Part shown: positions 36,209 to 46,554 of the stretch, piece after piece | Numbering within the stretch: position 1 is the first letter of the stretch | Layout: each line of letters begins with the position of its first letter | Assembly (NCBI RefSeq): GCF_017854565.1 | Contig: NZ_JAFMHJ010000010.1 | Coordinates: 9,307 to 73,306, forward strand | Source of the DNA: Yoonia sp. | GTDB taxonomy: Bacteria; Pseudomonadota; Alphaproteobacteria; Rhodobacterales; Rhodobacteraceae | Direction: 5' to 3' | Length of the DNA: 64,000 bases | Notes under the pieces: model-generated | The model's database searches: none | Seen by the model: only the letters and a program-made list of their open reading frames with translations | What the model was told of the DNA's origin: nothing | Translations under genes and position numbers: made by a program

Positions 36209-37657
36209 ATGTTTAGCATTGGCATTACATCGGCGGCCTACATTGCGTCCGCAATTCTGTTCATTCTGGCCCTCGGCGGCCTGAGCAATCAAGAAAGCGC
36301 CAAGCGCGCCGTCTGGTACGGTATCGTGGGCATGGCGGTGGCTGTCGTGGCCACCGTGTTCGGCCCCGGCGTGTTCAACATCGGGCTGATCATCGTTTCA
36401 ATCGCGGTGGGGTCATTCGCCGGGCACTACGTGGCAAGCAAGGTCCAGATGACCGAAATGCCGCAACTTGTCGCCGCCTTGCACTCCTTCGTGGGTCTGG
36501 CTGCGGTCTTTATCGGCCTGAACGCTGAAATCATGTTGCAGGCGGTACAGGACATGAAGGCGGCCGGCGTTGATGAAACCATCGCGCAGCTGACCGGCTT
36601 TGGTGAAAAGCTCTGGCACAAGGACGCGGTCGAGGTCGCGATCCTCAAGGTCGAGGTCGCCCTTGGCATCTTCATCGGTGCGGTCACCTTCACCGGGTCC
36701 ATCGTGGCCTTCGGCAAGCTGGCGGGCAAAGTCGATGGCAAGCCCAGCAAACTACCCGGCGGGCATATGCTGAACCTTGGCGCGGCCATTCTATCGCTGG
36801 TGCTGTTGATTGCCTACGCCAATGGCGCGGGTATCTGGACCATGGTGCTGATGACGATCGTTGCGGGCTTTATCGGGTATCACCTGATCATGGGCATCGG
36901 CGGCGCGGATATGCCCGTCGTCGTGTCGATGCTGAACAGCTACTCGGGCTGGGCGGCTGCGGCGATCGGCTTTACGCTGGGCAACGACCTGCTGATCGTG
37001 ACCGGCGCGCTTGTCGGCTCGTCCGGTGCGATCCTGTCCTACATCATGTGCAAGGCGATGAACCGCAGCTTTGTATCGGTAATCTTGGGCGGCTTTGGTG
37101 GCCCGCAGGGCGAACAGATGGCGGTCGAAGGCGAACAGATCGCCATCGACGCCGATGGTGTTGCCGCCGCGCTGAACGAAGCGGATTCTGTCATCATCAT
37201 TCCGGGCTACGGCATGGCCGTTGCGCAGGCTCAGCAATCGGTGTCTGAACTGGTCCGCAAACTGCGCGCCCAAGGCAAGACCGTGCGCTTTGCGATTCAC
37301 CCCGTCGCGGGGCGTTTGCCGGGGCACATGAACGTGCTCTTGGCCGAAGCCAAAGTTCCCTATGACATCGTGATGGAGATGGACGAGATCAACGATGATT
37401 TCCCCAATACGGACGTGGCTATCGTGATCGGCTCGAACGACATCGTGAACCCCGCAGCCCAGGACGACCCCAACAGCCCCATCGCTGGCATGCCCGTGTT
37501 GGAATGTTGGAAGGCCAAGCAGGTGTTCGTGTCCAAACGTGGGCAGGGTACGGGCTATTCCGGCATCGAAAACCCGCTGTTCTTCAAGGAAAACACACGC
37601 ATGTTCTATGGCGATGCGAAAAAATCGCTCGACGAATTGCTGCCGAAAATCGACTAG
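36209..37657 (+). CDS. pntB: NAD(P) transhydrogenase subunit beta
   Basis: 482 aa. N-terminal polytopic domain plus a C-terminal NADP(H) domain ([31 protein letters not shown]). Confidence 0.93.
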   Translation: MFSIGITSAAYIASAILFILALGGLSNQESAKRAVWYGIVGMAVAVVATVFGPGVFNIGLIIVSIAVGSFAGHYVASKVQMTEMPQLVAALHSFVGLAAVFIGLNAEIMLQAVQDMKAAGVDETIAQLTGFGEKLWHKDAVEVAILKVEVALGIFIGAVTFTGSIVAFGKLAGKVDGKPSKLPGGHMLNLGAAILSLVLLIAYANGAGIWTMVLMTIVAGFIGYHLIMGIGGADMPVVVSMLNSYSGWAAAAIGFTLGNDLLIVTGALVGSSGAILSYIMCKAMNRSFVSVILGGFGGPQGEQMAVEGEQIAIDADGVAAALNEADSVIIIPGYGMAVAQAQQSVSELVRKLRAQGKTVRFAIHPVAGRLPGHMNVLLAEAKVPYDIVMEMDEINDDFPNTDVAIVIGSNDIVNPAAQDDPNSPIAGMPVLECWKAKQVFVSKRGQGTGYSGIENPLFFKENTRMFYGDAKKSLDELLPKID

Positions 37658-37685
37658 ACGCGCGGGGCGGCACGCCGCACCGCAG

Positions 37686-37718
37686 GCCCCGCTGGAAACG
37701 GCGGGGCTTTTGCGTTTT
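37686..37718 (+). terminator. rho-independent terminator after pntB
   Basis: GCCCCGC-tggaaacg-GCGGGGC followed by ttttgcgtttt. Confidence 0.8.
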
Positions 37719-37785
37719 ATTTCCCGCGTTGTGGACAAAGACACTGCTTGGGGCATATCTACAGATAACCCCCCAGGAGATGACC

Positions 37786-38949
37786 ATGCCCGTCAAAAAC
37801 CGCTTTGCCGAACTGCTGCCCGAAATCACTGCATGGCGCCGGGACCTGCATGAAAACCCTGAAATCCTGTTCGAAACCCATCGCACGGCGGCGGTCGTCG
37901 CCGACAAGCTGACGGTGTTCGGCTGTGACGAGGTGGTCACCGGCATCGGGCGCACCGGCGTCGTGGGCGTGATCAAGGGCAAGACCGATACATCCGGCAA
38001 GGTGATCGGACTGCGCGCCGACATGGATGCGCTGCCAATTCATGAACAGACCGGGCTTGCGTATAAGTCAAAGGTCGATGGGGCGATGCACGCCTGCGGT
38101 CACGACGGGCACACCGCGATGCTGCTTGGTGCCGCGAAATACCTGTCCGAGACGCGCAATTTCGACGGCACCGTCGTAGTCATCTTCCAGCCCGCCGAAG
38201 AAGGCGGCGGCGGTGGCCGCGAGATGTGCCAAGACGGCATGATGGACCGCTGGAATATCCAGGAGGTCTATGGCATGCACAATTGGCCCGGCATACCGCT
38301 TGGCCAGTTTGCGATCCGCGAAGGCGCGTTTTTTGCCGCGACGGATCAGTTTGATATCACCATCGAAGGGCGCGGCGGCCATGCGGCCAAACCGCATGAA
38401 ACGGTCGATGCGACCGTGGTCGCGGCCCATATGATCACCGCCCTGCAAACCATCGCCAGCCGCAACGCCGACCCGGTCGATCAGGTGGTTGTGTCGGTGA
38501 CGTCGATTGTGTCATCGTCCAACGCCTATAACGTCATTGCGCAGCGCGTCCACCTCAAGGGGACCGTGCGCACGATGTCCGGGGACATGCGCGCGCTGGC
38601 GCAACGGCGTCTGACCGCGATTGCAGAGCTGAGCGCCCAGACATTTGGCGCAAAGGCCGAAGTGGCCTATCATCTGGGCTATCCGGTGATGGCCAACCAC
38701 CCGACGCAAACGGCCTTTGCCGCCGATGTGGCGATATCCATCGCGGGCCGCTGTGATCAGGCGCCACTGATCATGGGTGGCGAAGATTTCGCCTTCATGC
38801 TCGAAGAACGCCCGGGTGCCTATATCCTTGTCGGCAATGGCGACAGCGCGTCGGTGCATCATGCCGCATACAATTTCAACGACGAAGCGATCCCTGCTGG
38901 GTGCAGCTGGTGGGCTGGAATTGTGGAACAACGGATGCCCGCAGCCTGA
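37786..38949 (+). CDS. M20 family amidohydrolase (hippurate hydrolase/N-acyl-L-amino acid amidohydrolase type)
   Basis: ORF 37504..38949. ATG 37786 follows CAGGAG. LRADMDALP, HACGHDGH and FQPAEEGGGG motifs. Confidence 0.88.
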   Translation: MPVKNRFAELLPEITAWRRDLHENPEILFETHRTAAVVADKLTVFGCDEVVTGIGRTGVVGVIKGKTDTSGKVIGLRADMDALPIHEQTGLAYKSKVDGAMHACGHDGHTAMLLGAAKYLSETRNFDGTVVVIFQPAEEGGGGGREMCQDGMMDRWNIQEVYGMHNWPGIPLGQFAIREGAFFAATDQFDITIEGRGGHAAKPHETVDATVVAAHMITALQTIASRNADPVDQVVVSVTSIVSSSNAYNVIAQRVHLKGTVRTMSGDMRALAQRRLTAIAELSAQTFGAKAEVAYHLGYPVMANHPTQTAFAADVAISIAGRCDQAPLIMGGEDFAFMLEERPGAYILVGNGDSASVHHAAYNFNDEAIPAGCSWWAGIVEQRMPAA

Positions 38950-39007
38950 TCGCCCAACCGTATGTACGCTGTATGTACAGGGTCTGTACGGCAAAAATAT
39001 GCTGTAG

Positions 39008-39026
39008 GGCGGGGGGGTACCCCGCC
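39008..39026. terminator. GC hairpin between convergent genes
   Basis: GGCGGGG-gggta-CCCCGCC lies between the amidohydrolase stop and the moaA stop. Confidence 0.4.
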
Positions 39027-39031
39027 TGCAC

Positions 39032-40036
39032 CTAGCCTCCGGTATGCGACATATGGCGGCTGACCTGCCCATCGACCTGCTGGCGCGAATAGTCGAAATC
39101 ATGCCCCTTGGGTTTCAGCGCTATCGCGGCGCGAATGGCATCTTCCAGCTCTGCGTCGGCCTCTGACGCGCGCAGCGGACCGCGCAGATCCGAATGACCT
39201 TCCTGACCCAGACATGTGTAAATCTCGCCGGTGCAGGTGATCCGGACGCGATTGCAGCTTTCGCAGAAATTATGGGAAAGCGGCGTGATGAACCCGATCT
39301 TCTGTCCGGTGCCCTGCACCCGCACATAGCGCGCCGGACCGCCTGTCTTTTCAGGTAGATCCGTCAGCGATGACCGCTCTTCCAACCGCTTGCGCAGCTC
39401 TTTGAGCGACCAGTACTGCCCGATCCGGTCTTCGTTCCCAAGATCGCCCATCGGCATCACTTCGATGAATGTCAGGTCCAGATCACGCGAGGCGCACCAA
39501 TCGGTCAGCGTGAACAGTTCATCTTCGTTAAACCCTTGCAGGGCAACGGTATTTATCTTGACCCGGAGGCCAGCGGCTTGGGCTGCATCAATGCCGCGCA
39601 GCACTTGTGGCAGGCGTCCCCAGCGGGTGATTTTGGCAAACTTTGCCTCGTCCAGCGTATCAAGCGACACGTTGATCCGGCGCACCCCGGCGGCGTAAAG
39701 GTCGCTCGCATATTTCTCTAGCTGGCTGCCGTTCGTGGTCACGGTCAGTTCGCTGAGCGCGCCACTGTCCAGATGCCGGGTCATGCTGCGAAAGAACGTC
39801 ATGATGTCGCGTCGCACCAACGGCTCTCCGCCGGTGATCCGCAACTTGCGCACCCCAAGGCGGATAAAGGTCGAACACATGCGATCCAGCTCTTCGAGCG
39901 TCAGCAGCTCTTTTTTGGGCAGAAAAGTCATGTTTTCCGACATGCAATACACGCAGCGAAAATCGCAACGGTCCGTGACAGAGACACGCAGATATTGGAT
40001 CGCGCGGGCAAATGGATCAATCAGAGGGTCATTCAT
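39032..40036 (-). CDS. moaA: GTP 3',8-cyclase (molybdenum cofactor biosynthesis protein A, radical SAM)
   Basis: [18 protein letters not shown] (CxxxCxxC) and the C-terminal cluster [13 protein letters not shown]. 334 aa. Confidence 0.93.
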   Translation of the reverse strand: MNDPLIDPFARAIQYLRVSVTDRCDFRCVYCMSENMTFLPKKELLTLEELDRMCSTFIRLGVRKLRITGGEPLVRRDIMTFFRSMTRHLDSGALSELTVTTNGSQLEKYASDLYAAGVRRINVSLDTLDEAKFAKITRWGRLPQVLRGIDAAQAAGLRVKINTVALQGFNEDELFTLTDWCASRDLDLTFIEVMPMGDLGNEDRIGQYWSLKELRKRLEERSSLTDLPEKTGGPARYVRVQGTGQKIGFITPLSHNFCESCNRVRITCTGEIYTCLGQEGHSDLRGPLRASEADAELEDAIRAAIALKPKGHDFDYSRQQVDGQVSRHMSHTGG

Positions 40037-40122
40037 GCCACCAACCTAGGGACAGGCGATCCGCTGCGCAAGCGCCAAGCCATCACTTGCATCACCCGGA
40101 ACTGCGAAATACGGTCACACCC

Positions 40123-40584
40123 ATGAGACTGATCATAAGCCTTACCATGCTCGCCTTCGCAGGCTGCACGGCGCCTTCGTTGCAAGGGTTGCCGATGGGC
40201 ACCGCGCCCGTGATGCCTGCGCCGACGCTGGACCCCACACCGCCGCTGCCGCCTGCGGGTGCGACAACACCAGAACAGTTTGACACCACAAGTGCCGCCG
40301 ACCGGGCCGCCGCAGTCGCCGCGCAAACGGCAACAGGTGAGGTGAATTTGGGCACGACAATCGCATCGCTGGGCCCCCCTGCAGAGCCGGGGATCTGGCT
40401 GAAAACGCCACTGGTAACGGCACTGGCGCGGGGGCGTGTGGTGTATAAGGGCAAGTCGGTCAATGTCGAACTGCGCCCCTCCGGTGGGGTTGTGGGGGCC
40501 GGCAGCCAGATAAGTCTGGCCGCCATGCGCCTGATTGAAGCCCCGTTGACAGGGCTGCCGGAGGTGATGGTTTTTCTCTATTAG
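40123..40584 (+). CDS. hypothetical lipoprotein
   Basis: ORF 40012..40584, ATG 40123. Lipobox LAFAGC, a Pro/Ala-rich linker, and the C-terminus GRVVYKGKSVNVELR. No family recognised. Confidence 0.55.
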   Translation: MRLIISLTMLAFAGCTAPSLQGLPMGTAPVMPAPTLDPTPPLPPAGATTPEQFDTTSAADRAAAVAAQTATGEVNLGTTIASLGPPAEPGIWLKTPLVTALARGRVVYKGKSVNVELRPSGGVVGAGSQISLAAMRLIEAPLTGLPEVMVFLY

Positions 40585-40605
40585 GGTGGATTGAAATCCA
40601 CCTTA
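40582..40605. terminator. hairpin spanning exactly from one convergent stop codon to the other
   Basis: TAG-GGTGGAT-tgaa-ATCCACC-TTA. The arms fill the intergenic gap between 40584 (+ stop) and 40603 (- stop). Confidence 0.6.
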
Positions 40606-41280
40606 CGACATCAGTTGGCGCAACGCTTCCTTGACGGCGAAAGGTTTCATCGCGGCGGCATGGTCAGCGACAAACGCCCGCACGCGATCGGGGTCATGTT
40701 TGGATAATTCACGCAGCCACCAGCCGATTGCCTTTTGAATAAACCATGCGTGATCAGTGGTATAGCTGGCCGCCCAGCCCAGCACCCGTTCACGCGCCGC
40801 AAGCTCGGCGGGTTTGGGGTGGTTCTGTTTCGTCCATGGCAACGTCATCACCAGCGCGGCACGTCGGGTCCACATATGATCCGATCTGGTCCAGCTTTCG
40901 ACCTGATCCAGACGCGACGGATCAGCGACCAGCCGTTTTTGCCCGGCGATTGACGCATGATCGGCAATCGCCCAGCCATCAAACTCAGGCACCCAAGACG
41001 CGATCAGATCCCATGCGGCCCTGTCATCGGGCCGAATGCGCGCCTGTGTCAACAGTTTGGCGGCGGCGATCCGCGCCTCGTGGATGTTGTTGTCCCACAG
41101 GTCGCGGGCCAAGGCGATGCGGGTGTCCAGATCGACGGCGGCGCGCCAGTCTTTCACATGGGCATCAATGTCGGGGTTGGCCACGCCCAGATATGGGCGG
41201 TCCACCTTATGATACTGGGCCATTTCGGCAGCTTTGACCGGGTCCGCGCCAAGTGCTGCGATGGCATCTGCGGCCTTCAT
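40603..41280 (-). CDS. DNA alkylation repair protein (AlkD-like HEAT-repeat family)
   Basis: 225 aa. MAQYHKVDRPYLGV, HEARIAAAKLL and FIQKAIGWWLRELSK are typical. Overlaps the glmS stop. Confidence 0.8.
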   Translation of the reverse strand: MKAADAIAALGADPVKAAEMAQYHKVDRPYLGVANPDIDAHVKDWRAAVDLDTRIALARDLWDNNIHEARIAAAKLLTQARIRPDDRAAWDLIASWVPEFDGWAIADHASIAGQKRLVADPSRLDQVESWTRSDHMWTRRAALVMTLPWTKQNHPKPAELAARERVLGWAASYTTDHAWFIQKAIGWWLRELSKHDPDRVRAFVADHAAAMKPFAVKEALRQLMS

Positions 41281-43100
41281 TCGACCGTCACCGATTTGGC
41301 AAGGTTGCGGGGCTGGTCAACGTCCGTGCCCTTGGCAACGGCGGTGTGATAGGCCAGCAACTGTGCCGGAATTGCATAAAGGATTGGCGCAAGAAACGGG
41401 TCTACGGCGGGCATCACGATCGTATCCCAGACCCCGGTGCTAGCCTCTTGGGCACCTTTTGCATCGGTAATCAAAAGCACTTTGCCGCCGCGCGCCATGA
41501 CCTCTTGCATATTGGATATTGTCTTGTCGAACAGGGCGTCACGTGGTGCCATCACGATCACGGGTACATGTTCATCGACCAACGCAATGGGGCCATGCTT
41601 TAGCTCTCCAGATGCATAGGCTTCAGCGTGAATATAGCTTATTTCTTTGAGTTTAAGCGCGCCTTCCAAGGCCAGCGGATACATGGCGCCACGCCCCAGA
41701 AACAGAATGTCGCGCGCCTCTGCCAGCTGCCGTGCAATTGTGCGGCATTTATCTTCGATACCCAAGGCAAGGTTGAGTATCCCCGGCAAACCGCGCAGCG
41801 CGGCCAGCTTTTGGGCCATTTCGGCGTCGGTGATACGGCCCCGCACATGTGCGGCCTTTATCGCCAACAGGGCAAGCGTGGTCAGCTGGCAGGTGAATGC
41901 CTTGGTCGATGCGACGCCAATTTCGGTCCCCGCCAGGATTGGCAATGGCAGGTCGCTTTCGCGTGCGATCGAGCTTTCGGGGACATTGACGACCGACACG
42001 ATTTTGCTGGCTTTGCCTTGCATATAGCGCAGCGCGGCCAGTGTATCGGCCGTTTCGCCTGATTGACTGACGAACAGGGCGACGGTGCCCGGCGTGACCG
42101 GCGGCTCGCGGTAGCGAAATTCAGAGGCCACATCGACCTCGACCGGTATCCCAGCGAGCTGTTCGAACCAATATTTCGCGACCATACAGGCATAGAACGC
42201 GGTGCCGCAGGCAACCATTGTCAGTCGCTCGATTCGGGTGAAATCCAGCCCGGGGTCGGGCAGGGTGATCGCTGTCGCATCTGCATTGATGTAGTGGCCC
42301 AAGGCGCCTTGCAGCACGGTGGGCTGTTCGGCGATTTCCTTGGCCATGAAGTGTTTATAGCCGCCCTTATCGACACGGGCGGTGTCGATCTGGATCACCT
42401 TGATCGCGCGATTGGTGATATTGCCGTGAAGGTCGCGAATTTCGGCGGAATTGCGAGTGATCACGGCCCAGTCGCCTTCTTCCAGATATGAAATCCGGTC
42501 GGTCATCGGGGCCAGTGCAATCGCATCAGAGCCGACGAACATTTCCCCATCACCATACCCAATCGCCAAAGGGGACCCTTTGCGCGCGGCAATCAGCAGG
42601 TCATCCTCTCCCTCGAACAAGAAACACAGCGCATAGGCGCCTTCGAGCATGGCAATGGTTTGCTCTGCGGCGTCACGCGGGCTGAACCCCTGGTCGCGAA
42701 AATATTGGGCGAGCAGGGCAACGGTTTCCGTATCTGTCTCGGTTTCGAAGCCGATGCCTTTTTCAGCCAGAAAGGCCCGCAGCGCGCGGAAATTTTCGAC
42801 AATGCCGTTGTGGACAACCGCGACACCGCCCGCACGGTGCGGGTGGGCGTTGCCGACATTGGGCGCGCCGTGGGTGGCCCAGCGGGTATGGCCGATGCCG
42901 GACTTGCCGGCCAGCGGTTCATGCACCAGCAGGTCAGACAGATTGACAAGTTTGCCAACGGCCCGGCGCCGGTCCAGTTTCAGGTGGTTGATCGTCGCAA
43001 TGCCCGCGCTGTCATAGCCACGATACTCCAACCGCTTAAGCGCTTCGACCAAAATAGGCGCCGCTTCGTGGTAGCCCAGAACCCCTACAATACCACACAT
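41277..43100 (-). CDS. glmS: glutamine--fructose-6-phosphate aminotransferase
   Basis: MCGIVG N-terminal nucleophile, 607 aa, ends ...NLAKSVTVE. Confidence 0.96.
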   Translation of the reverse strand: MCGIVGVLGYHEAAPILVEALKRLEYRGYDSAGIATINHLKLDRRRAVGKLVNLSDLLVHEPLAGKSGIGHTRWATHGAPNVGNAHPHRAGGVAVVHNGIVENFRALRAFLAEKGIGFETETDTETVALLAQYFRDQGFSPRDAAEQTIAMLEGAYALCFLFEGEDDLLIAARKGSPLAIGYGDGEMFVGSDAIALAPMTDRISYLEEGDWAVITRNSAEIRDLHGNITNRAIKVIQIDTARVDKGGYKHFMAKEIAEQPTVLQGALGHYINADATAITLPDPGLDFTRIERLTMVACGTAFYACMVAKYWFEQLAGIPVEVDVASEFRYREPPVTPGTVALFVSQSGETADTLAALRYMQGKASKIVSVVNVPESSIARESDLPLPILAGTEIGVASTKAFTCQLTTLALLAIKAAHVRGRITDAEMAQKLAALRGLPGILNLALGIEDKCRTIARQLAEARDILFLGRGAMYPLALEGALKLKEISYIHAEAYASGELKHGPIALVDEHVPVIVMAPRDALFDKTISNMQEVMARGGKVLLITDAKGAQEASTGVWDTIVMPAVDPFLAPILYAIPAQLLAYHTAVAKGTDVDQPRNLAKSVTVE

Positions 43101-43102
43101 GA

Positions 43103-44446
43103 TCAGGCCCCCTTTGCTTTTCTGGCGCGTAGCTTTTCGAACAGGCGCAGCGCAAATCCTGCTTTGTTGTCCTGCCGGGCGCGTGCCACGGCAAGATCGC
43201 CCGCCGGCACATCGCGGGTGATGACAGACCCGCTGCCGGTCATCGCGGCATTGCCGATTTTGACAGGGGCCACCAGCATTGTGTTCGATCCGATAAAGGC
43301 ATCGGCGCCGATCACTGTTTTATGTTTGAAGACGCCGTCATAATTGCAGGTAATGGTGCCCGCGCCGATGTTGGCCCGCGCGCCGATGTCAGCATCGCCG
43401 ATATAGGACAGGTGGTTGACCTTGGCGCCTTCGGCGATCTGCGCATTTTTGATTTCGACAAAATTGCCGATTTTCACGCCTTCGGCCAGCTCTGCACCGG
43501 GGCGCAGGCGGGCATAGGGGCCGACAACCGCGTCACGCGACACATGACAGCCTTCGAGATGGGAAAACGCGCGGATTGTGGCACCTGATTCAATGGTCAC
43601 CTCGGGACCGAAGACCACGTTGGGTTCGATGATCGCGTCGCGGCCAATCACAGTGTCATGCGCAAAGAACACGGTCTCTGGCGCGGTCAGGGTCACGCCA
43701 TCGTCTTGCGCCGCTGTGCGGGCGCGCGATTGAAACAGTGCCTCGGCGGCGGACAGCTCTGCACGGGAATTGATGCCAAGCGTTTCCGCCTCGTCACAGT
43801 GCACCACCGTGGCGGAAAGACCCTTGGCGCGTGCGATGCCGATGATGTCGGTCAGATAATATTCCCCAGCGGCATTGTCGTTCCCAACGGTGTCGATCAG
43901 GTCAAAAAGCGTGTTTGCGTGGGCTGCAATGACACCGCTGTTACACAGGGTTACGGCGCGCTCTTCGTCTGTTGCGTCCGTGAATTCGACGATTCGATCC
44001 AGCTGGTCCGCTTTCATGATCAAGCGGCCATAGCGCCCCGGATCAGCCGCCACGAAGCCCAGCACGACGATATCGTGGGTCAAACGGGCCGCTGTCATCG
44101 CGGCCAGCGTTTCGGGGCGGATAAACGGTGTGTCACCATAGAGCACGATCACGTCGCCATCAAAGCCCGCCAGCGCACCCCGCGCCTGCGCGACCGCATG
44201 CGCGGTGCCCAACTGTTCGCTTTGCTGTGCGATTACCGCATCGGGATCATACGCTTTGGCGGCTGTTTCGACCGCTGCGGCGCCGTGACCTGCCACAATG
44301 ACGGTCAGGTCAGGTTCTAGCGCGGCGCCGGATTTCATCGCATGCACCAACATCGGCGCGCCAGCGATCTGATGCAGCACCTTTGGCAGTTCAGAATTCA
44401 TGCGCGTGCCCATGCCCGCGCCAAGGATAATAAGTGCCGTTGCCAT
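43103..44446 (-). CDS. glmU: bifunctional UDP-N-acetylglucosamine diphosphorylase / glucosamine-1-phosphate N-acetyltransferase
   Basis: LGAGMGTRM N-terminus and C-terminal left-handed beta-helix hexapeptide repeats. 447 aa. Confidence 0.95.
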   Translation of the reverse strand: MATALIILGAGMGTRMNSELPKVLHQIAGAPMLVHAMKSGAALEPDLTVIVAGHGAAAVETAAKAYDPDAVIAQQSEQLGTAHAVAQARGALAGFDGDVIVLYGDTPFIRPETLAAMTAARLTHDIVVLGFVAADPGRYGRLIMKADQLDRIVEFTDATDEERAVTLCNSGVIAAHANTLFDLIDTVGNDNAAGEYYLTDIIGIARAKGLSATVVHCDEAETLGINSRAELSAAEALFQSRARTAAQDDGVTLTAPETVFFAHDTVIGRDAIIEPNVVFGPEVTIESGATIRAFSHLEGCHVSRDAVVGPYARLRPGAELAEGVKIGNFVEIKNAQIAEGAKVNHLSYIGDADIGARANIGAGTITCNYDGVFKHKTVIGADAFIGSNTMLVAPVKIGNAAMTGSGSVITRDVPAGDLAVARARQDNKAGFALRLFEKLRARKAKGA

Positions 44447-44571
44447 TGCTGCCTCAATCTTCTTTGTTTGTACGTCTTCTACTGGCCTTGGCGATTATCA
44501 CAAGGGCAGGGGCTTCACATCAGTTTACGCATCGTTACAGAGGAGGCAGGCGATTTGCAGGAAGGTACACC

Positions 44572-45234
44572 ATGCGCACAGTGATTTTCGATCTCGACGG
44601 GACCCTTGCCGACACCAGTGGCGATTTGATCGCCGCGGCCAACGTCTGTTTTCGGGGGCTCGGCTTGGGTGATCTGCTGGATCCGGTTGCCGATGCCGCC
44701 ACCGCGCTGCGCGGCGGGCGTGCGATGCTGACGCTTGGGTTTTCACGGGTTGATGGGTTCGCTCAGGCGGATGTCGATCAGCAGTATCCGGTTCTGCTAA
44801 CGGCCTATGCCAGCGATATCGACACCCACACCGTGCTGTATCCCGGTGCGATGGATGCGGTTGAGTTGCTAAAGCGCGATGGCTATGCAGTTGGAATTGC
44901 AACAAACAAACCCGAAGCTCTGGCCGAGACATTGATGCAAAGCCTTGGGGTACGGGGCCATTTTGGATCGCTGATCGGGGCGGATACATTGCCCGTGCGC
45001 AAACCTGACCCCGCCCATCACTTTGAGGCGGTGCGCCGCGCCGGTGGCGACCCAAAGCGATCACTTTTGGTTGGCGATACGGCGACCGACCGGGACACAT
45101 CGCGCAATGCCGGCGTGCCGTCGGTGCTGGTCACGTTTGGGCCGGGGCGCGATGATGTGCTTGCATTGGACCCCGAAGCGACGATTGACAGCTTTGCCGA
45201 ACTATCGGGCGTCGTCGCGCACCTGATCGGTTAA
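44572..45234 (+). CDS. HAD-superfamily phosphatase (phosphoglycolate phosphatase-like)
   Basis: ORF 44434..45234, ATG 44572. DLDGTLADT motif I and GDTATD motif IV. Confidence 0.8.
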   Translation: MRTVIFDLDGTLADTSGDLIAAANVCFRGLGLGDLLDPVADAATALRGGRAMLTLGFSRVDGFAQADVDQQYPVLLTAYASDIDTHTVLYPGAMDAVELLKRDGYAVGIATNKPEALAETLMQSLGVRGHFGSLIGADTLPVRKPDPAHHFEAVRRAGGDPKRSLLVGDTATDRDTSRNAGVPSVLVTFGPGRDDVLALDPEATIDSFAELSGVVAHLIG

Positions 45235-45273
45235 CCCATTGACCGGGCACGCGGTGCGTCACACAGTTGCGCC

Positions 45274-46479
45274 ATGACAGAAATATTTGCCGGCAGCTTC
45301 ACCCAGCAGGAACCGATTCCCGATGACGGGATCGCAGCAGCATTGGCCGTGATGCAAACGGGACGGCTGCACCGCTATAACACCGCACCCGGCGAAGTGT
45401 CGCAGGCGGCATTGCTTGAGATCGCATTCGCCGCGCAAGTGGGCGCTGAATATTGCCTCGCGGTCGCCTCTGGTGGCTATGCGATGACCACGGCCTTGCG
45501 CGCGTGCGGTGTGGGGCATGGCGACAGGGTGCTGACCAACGCCTTTACGCTGGCACCGGTACCGGGCGCGATTGCCGCCGTGGGGGGGGTGCCGGTCTTT
45601 GTCGGTGTGACCCAGGAATTGGTGATCGACCTTGATGATCTGGCCGCAAAGCTGGATCAGGCCGGCGTCCTGCTGCTCAGTCATATGCGCGGACATATCT
45701 GCGATATGGATCGGCTGATGGCGCTATGTGACGCGGCGGGTGTGACCGTGATCGAAGATTGCGCGCATACGATGGGCGCTGCCTGGAACGGTGTACCCAG
45801 CGGGCGCTGGGGGCGGTTTGGCTGCTATTCCACCCAAACCTACAAGCATATCAATTCAGGCGAGGGTGGCTTGCTGGTTTCGGATGATGCCGAAGGCATG
45901 GCGCGCGCGATCATGCTGTCTGGCAGCTATATGCTGTTTGACCAACACCGCGCGGCACCGCCGCCTGAAACATTTGCCCGGATCAAATACGAAACACCCA
46001 ATATATCGGGGCGTATGGACAACTTGCGCGCCGCGATCCTGCGTCCGCAACTGCGCGATCTGGCGACACAGGCCGCGCGCTGGAACGACCGGTATCGTGC
46101 GCTGGAAACCGGGCTTGCCGCTACCCCCGGCCTGCGCCTGATCACGCGGCCCGACAAGGAACAGTTCGTCGCGTCATCGTTTCAGTTCCTGCTGCTCGAC
46201 TGGCCCGCCGATGCCGTTGCGGCTGTTCTTGGCCGCTGTGCCGCGCGCGGGGTCGCGTTGAAATGGTTCGGCGGGGCGGAACCCACCGGCTTTACCTCGC
46301 GCTATGACAGTTGGCGCTATGCGCCAAGCGCGCCGATGCCTGCGTCTGATCGGGTGCTGGCGGGTATCATCGACATGCGGCTGCCGCTGACCTTTTCGCT
46401 GGATGACTGCGCCATGATCGCGCGCATCATCCGCGCCGAGGTGAGCGCCGTCTGGCAGGGGCAGGCGGCGGCGCAGTAG
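45274..46479 (+). CDS. DegT/DnrJ/EryC1/StrS family PLP-dependent aminotransferase
   Basis: 401 aa. IEDCAHTMGA and STQTYKHINSGEGG (the putative PLP lysine). Confidence 0.8.
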   Translation: MTEIFAGSFTQQEPIPDDGIAAALAVMQTGRLHRYNTAPGEVSQAALLEIAFAAQVGAEYCLAVASGGYAMTTALRACGVGHGDRVLTNAFTLAPVPGAIAAVGGVPVFVGVTQELVIDLDDLAAKLDQAGVLLLSHMRGHICDMDRLMALCDAAGVTVIEDCAHTMGAAWNGVPSGRWGRFGCYSTQTYKHINSGEGGLLVSDDAEGMARAIMLSGSYMLFDQHRAAPPPETFARIKYETPNISGRMDNLRAAILRPQLRDLATQAARWNDRYRALETGLAATPGLRLITRPDKEQFVASSFQFLLLDWPADAVAAVLGRCAARGVALKWFGGAEPTGFTSRYDSWRYAPSAPMPASDRVLAGIIDMRLPLTFSLDDCAMIARIIRAEVSAVWQGQAAAQ

Positions 46480-46554
46480 CGCAAAAAAGGACTCGACAGG
46501 TCGCGCACTGCAGGCCTACAAATGAACAAGCGTTCAATTAACCGGGAGCGAGCG

